Of a stretch of DNA of 29,443 nt, positions 20,711 through 29,443 are shown one piece after another; positions within the stretch are counted from its first letter, which is position 1; each line of letters begins with the position of its first letter. The position numbers and the translations under genes were made by a program. Origin of the DNA: Pseudovirgaria hyperparasitica (lineage: Eukaryota); the NCBI GenBank assembly GCA_010093815.1, contig ML996575.1. One strand, written 5' to 3'. The notes under the pieces are model-generated. The model had not been told where the DNA came from and did not search any database. It was given only the letters and a program-made list of their open reading frames with translations.

Positions 20711-23195
20711 TTTTTATTTTGTTTCCTTTTTTTGATGTCTTCGCAATGATATTGGATGGTGATGTTATTATATCTACCGACGCGACGCGGCGGCGCAAGA
20801 GGACTTTTGTACGCACGACGTGACGTGCACGTGGACAGCAGTGTGCTCAGACGTGCGTCTGTGCACGGCGACGACGTGGGCGTGCATTAGGTTTGCGAGG
20901 TGATGCGGCTACAATGGTGTAGCTGCAGCAGACGAGTGCGTTGTGGTGAGGGTTGAGGAATTAGCGACATGGATTTTGTGGCAGTAAACAATGAGGTGTG
21001 TTTGGTGGTGTGTTGGGTGTTTAGGGTGTTTAGGGTTGAGGCGAGGGAGATCACGCCGCCTTGGCTGGTTAAGGGCCTTGGAAAACGCTGTAGATGCCTG
21101 ACAAGGGGAGAAAGGGGGGGGAGGGGGGGTCAGGCAGTCTGGAGCCGAGGGTATGTCACAGCACTCGTGGGACTGGGGCGCGGCACATGTCATCCCGGCG
21201 CTCTGTGCGACTTGGGCAGCATTGGGATGAATGGATGTTGCCTGACTATCTAGGCATCATTCGGCTTTGGACGAGTCATGACAATACCGTACCATTACGA
21301 AAGAATACAGCACAGCGTAACAAACATATGTATTATATCAATACCCAAATATCACATTACATCACTTCCCTCTGATAGTGGTACCAATATAGTATACGCC
21401 GGAGTCTAGTCCTGAAGTGGCATAGCCAGAGCGTTAGTGAGCGGGAGTCAATGAACGGTATCTGCATCAGGCCTAGCGTTCCAGAATATTCCATGCCGGT
21501 CCATAGCACCCGGTATAGTCAACTAGTATATTGTACCTATAGGATATTACGCACGTAAGCAAGCAAGTATGAGTTGTGTATTAGCATGTCTAGCAGAGTG
21601 TGACACTGTCTGGTCTCACCAGACTGGACAAGTCAAGACTCATCAGGACATGACACGACGGTTCTCAGGCTGCTCCGGTCTGCTTAGATTCCAGGACCTC
21701 GGACAACTGCTTTGAATCTAGTGCAGCCCCTTACTTGGGAGGTCCAGGCGCGTATCTGCAAGGGATCCGTCAACTAGGTTCAGTCTGCCGTAATCAGCTA
21801 GCGTGACATCTATCCGAGGACCGAACTCGAGGTACCTGACCTAACCTCCTCCTCCCACCACTTCACCCAATCCACTATCAAAACACACAAGCTGCTCGCC
21901 ATCACGGTGCCAAACTCTGTTTGTACCTGGAAACCGTCCACTTGCAACTCGGCCTCGCCCTCTCTCAGCCTTGCCCACCCAGCCGCGCAGTCCTAATTCA
22001 GCCATGAGCACTTGAACCCACTCTAGCTGTGTGAAAGTGGATGCTTCACACTCCATTAATCCGACAACTCCACGCTTTCTTCACAAACCAGGCAATCCAC
22101 ACGCAAGGATGTCCGATAAGGTTGCATATGGCACTCGGAACCTTATTTAGACCCAACGGTGCGCACGCGGTGTGCTGCTTTTTTTTCAGGCCTATGGCAA
22201 AGCAGGCTGCTTTGTGGCCTGGCTGGCCTGCCTGCCTGTCTGTCTGTGTGAGGCACACGACACACAAGTTGTTCCAACACGGAACCGGGAATCGGGAACC
22301 GGGAAGACACGCGATCCAGCCCTCGACTCTTTTCTTTCTCCTTATTTCTCCAACTTCCAGGGGGGGGCATTTGTATCATGCCATGCCATGCCTGTGCCAT
22401 GTGACGTGCACAGGCGCGTTTTGAGTTGGTCTTTTTTTTGCTCGCCGAACTCGGGGAGGGACGGGGCTCGCTCACGCTCAAGACTGCTTTCTCGCCGGTT
22501 GGTCATACGACGCCAGCAGCGACACAAGGCAACTGGCCCTGCGCGAATTCGCTGGTATCTGATGCCGGGAATAACTTGTTGCTCTTTTGAGCGAGAGAAG
22601 GGCGGTGTATTTTGCATACCGTGATGGTCGAGGCGGCGCAGTGCAGCGCTGTGCTGCTGTGCTGGCTGTCGACGTGAGGCAGTTGGCACACTGATTGACT
22701 GGATGGTAACTGCGCATCGTTTGACGTGTTCAATTGTTGTGCCGTCCTCGGATTGCATGTTACTGCTGTCGCTTCACTACTACTGACAGACTAATTACTA
22801 CTGCGCCTATTATTGACATATCCACTATCCACAGGTTCACTCTGAAACCGGGGCGCTTGGCGTTCTGGCCGATGTCGTCCGGAGCAACTAAGGAAAGAAC
22901 GACCAGCCGGCCCTCAACCTTAAAAAAACTTGTGGGAACAAAGTGGGAAGGAATGATGTAAGCCCTCGGAATTAATGAAGAAAGGGCGGTCAACGGTTTG
23001 GTTTGCGTACCCTGATGGACGTTTCTGCGCCTTCCCTCTTCTCCTGCTAATCTCATCTGATTAGATTGCCTCCTCTTCACTTCTTCAAAACTCCACCATC
23101 CCTTGCGCCCCCCCTTCAACAACCGTTTCTTCGATCTCAACATCGAGAATCTGTTTCCTTTTCTTTTTTCTTTTCCACCTACAGTCTTCGCCGCT
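20711..23195. promoter_or_regulatory. About 2.5-kb shared divergent promoter region between the NAS-like and ATP-grasp genes
   Basis: The two genes face away from each other and there is no credible CDS in between. The region holds an ACGTG cluster (20817-20879), TGTGCTCA (20842-20849), an 8-bp inverted repeat (22116-22146) and intron-like signals at 22958-23184. Confidence 0.6.
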
Positions 23196-25226
23196 ATGCT
23201 TTCTTCTGCTCATATCGACGTTTGCTGCGTTATCAAGCTCATTTCGCCGACGTCCCGCGAGGATGCGTGTGCCACTCGGCTCTTACACGTCCTCGTGGGC
23301 CACAATTCCGACTTCGATCCACTCGAGATGCTTGGAGAGGGTGTGACGCTACTGAGTTACGAGCAAGTTCCGCGCAGAAGAGAAGGCTGCTCTGCTGCCG
23401 TGCAGTATCTGTTCGACCAGATGGAATCGCTGCCGGACTGTCGATATCCGAAGTTGTTGACCTTTATCCTGCCATACACCGATGGATACGTCGTCCGATC
23501 CGACTTCATCAACGTTCGCCTGGGCGCTCTTGCTGGACAACGTGAACTGCAGCAGTTTCTCAAGCCATTGCAGTACTGCAGAGGGCCAAAGGCCGACCTG
23601 AACAGCAACAGCCTCGACGACGGCACATTGATGTCGCTGATTAGCTCTGCTGCTGGTGTTATAACCAGTCCATTCGACTACGAGTTCAACTTGAAGGATC
23701 TAGAAGACGGCATCGCGGGACGCATCTCCTACCCCTGGCTATCATCAACGCCCATCACGCCACGACGTGTCGCCCTATTCCGCGGCCGTCCGAATCATAA
23801 GACCGGCTTTCCTGTCTACGCTGCCGCAAAAAACCTGGGCCTCTCTCTCGTTGTCATTGATGAACCAGGTCATTGGCTTCAGCCTGACAGCGATGAGAAC
23901 AGAGACCTACGCGAAGCTTTCATCCCCATCGATATCACCGAGGACGACGGCCTCCCTGCTCGCATCGCCACTGCTGTTGCAGAGTCCCATTATCACATCG
24001 ATGGCATCTTCACCCTCTCCGACAATTACCTCGTCTCCGTCGCTCGCGCAGCTGAGCTCATGCGTTTGCCTACGTGTCCTTCTTCCGCATACGAAGTCGC
24101 CTACGACAAACATCAAACACGTCGTCTCCAAGCCGCGCCGCATGAGTTTGCCAGTGTCAACAGCTCTGCGGACCTCCTCTCTATCATCGACTCTCAAGCA
24201 TTCCTGCCCACCTATCCACTCATTGTCAAACCTCGCACCCGTGGTTGGTCGTCTGAGTACGTCACAAAAGTCCGTGACCAGGCAGAGCTCGAAGCAATCA
24301 TGGCCAAGATATGCAAAAAGTATCCTGGTGGCGCGCTCATCGAGCCATACTACGATGGCCCAGAGCTCGATGTCAACATCATCGTATCTTCCGGGAAAGT
24401 CCTCTACACTGAGATCGTCGACGAACTGCCTAGCAATGGTGACACCTCCGATGGCAGCAGCGCCGATTTCCTCGAGAGCGGAGTGCTCATTCCATCCAAG
24501 CTGCCACGCTACGAGCAGGACGCCATATGCAAGCAAATTGCCGACATAATCATCCCACTCGGCTTTACAGATGGCGTCTTCCACACTGAGGTCCGCCTTA
24601 CGCGATCAAGCATGGCGTTCCAGGCAGATCCTACAACTGGTCTAGTCGACCTCGCGCCTGCATCCTCCGAGAAAGCAGACGACGAGAAAGAGCCTGCCGT
24701 GCGCGCGCATATCGTCGAAATCAACGCTCGTCCTCCCGGCATCTTCAGTCAAAAGCTCTCGGCACACACCTTTGGCGTCGACTACTTCGCCGCACGCATG
24801 CTCGCCGCCATTGCCGACCCTGCACGTCTCGCCCTCACCAGCATCCCCTTTTCCGTCTCCACTATGCCGCCCGGCGCCCAGTGCCACTCCTTCATGCTCT
24901 TCCTACCCGTACTCCGACCGGGCGTGACGGACGGCGAGGACGTCCTGAACAGAGTGATGGAGCGCGTGCCGCACATTGCCGAGCGTGTTGTGGACAGCCA
25001 CTGCTTCTTCACCAAGGGCGACACGCTGCCTGACCCAAGCGAGACAGTCGCATGCTTCGCGCGCGTAATTCTGGCCAGCACAGAGGGCAGGGAGCACGTT
25101 ATGGGCATGGCGGACAGGGTTAAGAGGGAATACTTTAAGGACGATGAGTACGAGCAAAGCGTGAAGATTCAGGACGGCCTTGTGGGTAAGGCTAGCGACG
25201 ACAGAGTGGATTCCTGTCGCGAATAA
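23196..25226 (+). CDS. ATP-grasp amino-acid ligase (FsqD/carnosine synthase/L-amino-acid ligase-like), about 676 aa from the first in-frame ATG
   Basis: AAAKNLGLSLVVIDEPGHWL, IDGIFTLSD, AYDKHQTR, YPLIVKP..GWSSE.V.KV, LIEPYYDGPELDVN, GFTDGVFHTEVRL and the catalytic IVEINARPPG (ExNxR) motif. The ORF-track start at 23103 is a TTG in a pyrimidine-rich leader. Confidence 0.9.
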   Translation: MLSSAHIDVCCVIKLISPTSREDACATRLLHVLVGHNSDFDPLEMLGEGVTLLSYEQVPRRREGCSAAVQYLFDQMESLPDCRYPKLLTFILPYTDGYVVRSDFINVRLGALAGQRELQQFLKPLQYCRGPKADLNSNSLDDGTLMSLISSAAGVITSPFDYEFNLKDLEDGIAGRISYPWLSSTPITPRRVALFRGRPNHKTGFPVYAAAKNLGLSLVVIDEPGHWLQPDSDENRDLREAFIPIDITEDDGLPARIATAVAESHYHIDGIFTLSDNYLVSVARAAELMRLPTCPSSAYEVAYDKHQTRRLQAAPHEFASVNSSADLLSIIDSQAFLPTYPLIVKPRTRGWSSEYVTKVRDQAELEAIMAKICKKYPGGALIEPYYDGPELDVNIIVSSGKVLYTEIVDELPSNGDTSDGSSADFLESGVLIPSKLPRYEQDAICKQIADIIIPLGFTDGVFHTEVRLTRSSMAFQADPTTGLVDLAPASSEKADDEKEPAVRAHIVEINARPPGIFSQKLSAHTFGVDYFAARMLAAIADPARLALTSIPFSVSTMPPGAQCHSFMLFLPVLRPGVTDGEDVLNRVMERVPHIAERVVDSHCFFTKGDTLPDPSETVACFARVILASTEGREHVMGMADRVKREYFKDDEYEQSVKIQDGLVGKASDDRVDSCRE

Positions 25227-25656
25227 ACCAGGTCGCCGTCCGTCCCGTGCACACACTTTTTCTCTTTGTATTTCTAGGCCTCATCTTTTATTTCTTTGCT
25301 TTCAATCCTTTCGGTCTTTTTTTCGGTCCGTTTTTTTTCCCTTATATTCCCGGTGGGGTTTTTTGGCGATGCGTATAGATGGGTGGTGTTGCTGCTGCTG
25401 CTGGTAGGGTGGTGATAGTGGAGTTTGGTCGTTGGCCTTTTGAAAACGGTATAGATTTGTTGCTGTAGTTGTAGTCGTAGTCGGTAGAGCTGTATATTAT
25501 TCGTGAAGTGGAAGTAAATGGCCTTTGTGTCTGTGTCGGTGTCTGTGAGTCTGTGTCGGTGTCTGTGTGTCTGTATCTGTAAATGTCCGCGTCTGTGCCC
25601 CTGGATCTATATATATCTCTAAATATAACATCTACGGCACGTGTCTATTTGTCTGT

Positions 25657-25657
<1 letters not shown>

Positions 25658-25735
<78 letters not shown>
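25658..25735. repeat. (CA)39 perfect microsatellite within a GTCTGT/GTGC low-complexity zone (about 25525-25950)
   Basis: 78 nt of uninterrupted CA read directly. Confidence 0.97.
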
Positions 25736-25738
<3 letters not shown>

Positions 25739-26793
25739 CTACCGTAACATTTCGTCTCGTCCACGTGTCTGCATCTGTGCATCCATGCGTATATATGTAT
25801 ATACTGTAGGTACGTGCGTGCGGCGTACGCGGACCGTCTAATTATCTCTGTGGTGTCCGCATGTGCGTCCGTGCATGCAGCCTATGTACACAACACCGCC
25901 ACACACATTACGCACGCACCATCGCTGTCTGTAGCACACATACGCACACTAATTAACTACCAGCATCTTTTAGCCCTCCGCCCCCGATTCTAGCTTCGTG
26001 GGTTGCTAGGTCGTGCGTAGATGGGGGTATATGGGAATGTGGATATTATTCTACCTTGTTATTAGCTAATTTGTGTTTCAACTATGGAATGTCTTTTCTT
26101 CTATATATGTCTGTGTTGTACAATTATGCACGGTGTATGTGTAGGATTGGAAGGAATGGATGCCGTGGGATTAGGTGAGGGCTTTGGACTGCTTTGTGCG
26201 TGCTGGACTGGGAGTCAGTAGTTTGTCACTGTCTTGCACTGTTTGGCGGATGGGGTTATAGGTGAGTATATCGATATAGTCTGGCGGGTAACGGATGATT
26301 GGCTCGGTTAGAAACACTGTACAAGAGACTAAATATCATAGGGAAGAATGAGCCAGGTAGTAGAGAAAAAACACTTAATTCCCTCGTACTCCATAAGTAC
26401 TATGACTCTTTAGCTTTCCTCTATAAATAATAAATCCACTTTATTCTCAAACGGCTTTCTTTGTCTGTTTGCGTGATTTTTTGAGGACATTGCTAGGTAT
26501 CATGGTGCGTAGGTATCATGTTAATTAAACTAGATGGTGACTTTTTCTCCAAGAGTAACATTCTATCTAGGTATATCTAAACTTTACAGTCTAAACTCCT
26601 TCAATTCTATAGTTTCTTCCGGTATTACGCTTGTGAACTACGACCATGTTCTTGTCCCGGTATACTACCCTCTCTTTTATGCTTCTTATAGCGCTTGTCA
26701 CTCCCTCCTTTGCATAGAGAACTTATACGATTAATAAAGCGTCATGTAGGGGCTTTCCCTTGGACAACTTTATACAGGAGGCCCGGTATATAT

Positions 26794-26994
26794 AGTGATA
26801 TACTCCGTACCCTGTACGGATAAGGTTTTATAGGATAAGTAATCCGTCCCCGTTATACCGTACCCATAGAGTCTTATCTATATATCTATACGGGGTAAAT
26901 ATATATATATCTAAGGTAGAATATATAGCTAATGACGCCTATAATATTTATTAGTAAATCACTATATAAACTCTAAAAACTATATAGAATCACG
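26794..26994. mobile_element. Solo-LTR-like element (about 201 bp), copy B, more heavily RIP-mutated
   Basis: Same orientation as, and homologous to, 11305-11503. Degenerate termini AGTGAT...ATCACG; many differences are transitions creating TpA (tgcgtctgtacggggtgaatatgtat vs tatatctatacggggtaaatatatat). Confidence 0.6.
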
Positions 26995-27556
26995 CGTTTT
27001 TAGTGCTTATTCTTCTCTATAATATTATAGATATATATATTATTTATAGAGTTATATTCTTACTATATAACTTACGCTATTTACTAGGTCATTCCTTATA
27101 TAAATACTAAAAATAATATTTTATCTATATTATAGATAACGATAAATATAGATAAAGTAAGGGAGACTATATCCTATTATAAACGGCGTATTATAGCGAT
27201 ATCCCTTTATTAGTTTATTACTAAATCCGTATAGTAATCTATTAGGGTGTTATAGTATATATATCTTAAACTTACCTCCTTATCTCCTTATCTTCTTATC
27301 TCCTTATCTTCTTATCTTCTTATCTCTTTATAATAGTCTATAACTTACTCTTTATAAGTAGTAATAGTAACGTTAGCGAATAGTAATCCTTATCTTCTCT
27401 ACCTTCTCTTAATAGTAAGTATAAGCGTAAGTATACCTATCTAGTATAGGATTATTACCGTAAGGCTATCTAGAATAAGCCTATTATAAGAGGTAAAAAT
27501 AAGATCTAGTACTATAATATTAAAGGCTATTAGAAAGGTATTATAAGTACTAGTAC
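26995..27556. mobile_element. RIP-mutated repeat fragment containing seven tandem 8-mers CTTAYCTY (27271-27326)
   Basis: TpA-rich, no ORF; units cttacctc cttatctc cttatctt cttatctc cttatctt cttatctt cttatctc. Family unknown. Confidence 0.55.
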
Positions 27557-29443
27557 TATTAGGACTTAGCCTTAGGTAGGACCCGACCTACATGTACCTT
27601 AGCTAATAGGGTTAGAAGGTGACGTGAAGGGCGGTAAACAGTTACGTGCTAGATAGATCGGCGTCCCTTTATATATATACTCTTAGATTCCTACCGAAAG
27701 GGTTCGGTAGTAATTCGTTCTATAATAGAATATACTCTATTATTCTATCTAACTATACTACTATCTAATAACCCTATTCTTATATTCGAATTACTCCCTA
27801 TATAGTACTATAGTTAAGATAGTCTAACTAGAACCAAGAAGGTCAACACGATCTACTATAGGGATAAGTAATACTATATTAAATAATAGAGATCCTCTAT
27901 AATCGGTATTAATCCTAGCCGTTTCTAACTAAGAAGTAGAAATATTAGACTAAATCACGGAGCTTTTAGACGAAGAAATGGTAGATACGCTAAGTAACTT
28001 CTAATAATATAAAGCCGGATAACGAGTTATGGCGGAGCTATACGAGGTATTATAATAAACCATCGCTAAACTTTAGAAATACGTTACGAATTAGGCTCGA
28101 GAGATTTAAACCCTTAAAGAATAGATAGAACGCGCGAAACTCCTCGTAAAGAGACGAGAACTTAAGGAGTCTCTTAAAGAACTACGCCGAACGATAGTAG
28201 GTAGACGACTTCCTATACTAATTTAGGCGGAATTAGTTCACCTACTATTAGAGTTATAATAATCTACTATATACCCGGCCGCTTCGTTACCGATTTACTC
28301 TACTTCTTCCCTAGGTATACCGAAACCTAAAGACCCGACTATATTTATAGGGAAGAACTAAAAGGAGTAGAAAGACTAGAAGAGAGACTACGAAAAGTAC
28401 TTCCTTAATAACCCTCTACTCTTTTCTACTAAAGTATAACGCATTTCGTTCGGAGAATAATACCTAGACTTATAATCCCGCGATTAATAGGATAGATAGA
28501 AGGAAGTACAGCTACTATCTATGATAACCTAGGAATATTTAGCTATATTTATACTAAACACCCTCGGAACGGATAGAGAACGTGAAAGAAAGGCACTATC
28601 TAAGTTAAGAAGCGTGGTATAACGACCGAACTAGACACCTACTTAACTACTATAATACCTCTAAAACCTATAGAATAATATCCCTATACTATAGAAAAAT
28701 ATTCGTATATTCTAGTTTCGCGAAGTACTACTTCCGTTAATCCATAAAAGACTAGAAATAGTATTATTAAGTTTTAACTATCTATACGAATTAGAGAAGA
28801 AAGCTAATAAATACTACCGCATCCTTAAGAAACGCGGCTCTCTAGGTAAAACCGACGAACCCTATACGGGTTAGAAATAAGGTTAATCGAATACGTTCGA
28901 TTAAGAGTAACCTTACCGTAATTAGCGCTAGAAGAGCGTAAATCGGGGTAGAAACGCGTTAAGAGGACACTAAAATAATTAAGGTAGTGCTTCTTAACGC
29001 GGAAAAGGATAAGGCATAGGCTTAAATATAACGCCTATTATAAAATAGTAGGATTATAGCGCACTTCGTTACTATAAGTATAGAGAAATAGAATATATTT
29101 CACCTAACTATAAGAATCCAAAAAAAGAATAGACTAGGACACGAGACCTAACCGCGTTCTTAGCTAAATTATATATACTTAGGAGGAGCCGTAGCGCCTT
29201 CCGGCGAGTAAAGACCTAATATTACTAAAAGTATCGTTACCTATAGTAAATAGTAATAAAACTATATAGGCCCTTATAGATACTAGTATAGAAGATAACT
29301 ATATTTCGTCGATTCTTATAAAGGAGTATAGATTATCGTACGATCTTAGTAAAGTTAGCCGAACTATTATAGTTAATAGATATAAAGTTAGAACTTTAGG
29401 TAAAGCTATAATGAATTACGAAGTTCATAACTTAAAGATAATA
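27557..29443 (+). mobile_element. RIP-inactivated Ty3/gypsy-type LTR retrotransposon: 5' LTR about 27557-27770, gag about 27978-29132, start of pol (protease); truncated by the window edge
   Basis: LTR termini TATTAG...CTAATA (RIP of TGTTAG...CTAACA). gag relic PKPKDPTIFIGK near 28320. Mutated CCHC knuckle YYKYREIEYISPNYKNPKK near 29070-29125 followed by an A-run (possible frameshift site). Protease motif ALIDTSIEDNYIS at about 29271-29309 (from D-T-G-A). Many TAA/TAG stops. Gypsy rather than copia is inferred from gag/pol style; RT and integrase order is not in the window. Confidence 0.85.

Noticed and set aside
21020..21037. Two TTAGGG hexamers (tttagggtgtttagggtt)
   Set aside because: Only two non-contiguous copies; not a telomeric array.
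20909..23143. Many short ORFs in the NAS/ATP-grasp intergenic region (possible precursor peptide or transporter)
   Set aside because: No recognisable domain, signal peptide, repeated core peptide or consistent exon chain; homopolymer runs typical of non-coding DNA. The ligase is of the amino-acid ligase type, not the graspetide type.
23767..25256. Several 77-260 aa ORFs overlapping the ATP-grasp gene on both strands
   Set aside because: Shadow frames; only the main frame carries family motifs.
25567..25841. His-Thr repeat ORFs (HTHTHT...) that look like metal-binding peptides next to a putative metallophore locus
   Set aside because: They are simply translations of the (CA)39 microsatellite, start at non-ATG codons and have no other coding signal.

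Overview
Eukaryotic (filamentous ascomycete-type) genomic DNA: short GT-AG introns with CTRAC/CTAAT branch sites and two TpA-rich blocks bearing the signature of repeat-induced point mutation (RIP). Left to right: a secreted type-B carboxylesterase (runs off the left edge), a BCAS3/ATG18-like beta-propeller gene, a RIP relic, a 13-exon MACPF (perforin-like) gene that the ORF track fragments, a solo-LTR-like element, a CE15 glucuronoyl esterase, a YwbE/DUF2196 protein with a C-terminal zinc finger, an epoxide hydrolase, a small Cys-rich GPI-type protein, a HET-domain protein, a divergently transcribed nicotianamine synthase (NAS)-like gene and ATP-grasp amino-acid ligase, a (CA)39 microsatellite, and a RIP-destroyed repeat nest ending in a Ty3/gypsy retrotransposon that runs off the right edge. 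The best candidate for an undescribed system is the head-to-head NAS plus ATP-grasp pair (19675-25226), a possible NRPS-independent pathway to an aminoacylated nicotianamine/azetidine-type metallophore or toxin. All family calls come from recognising motifs by eye; no database searches were run.
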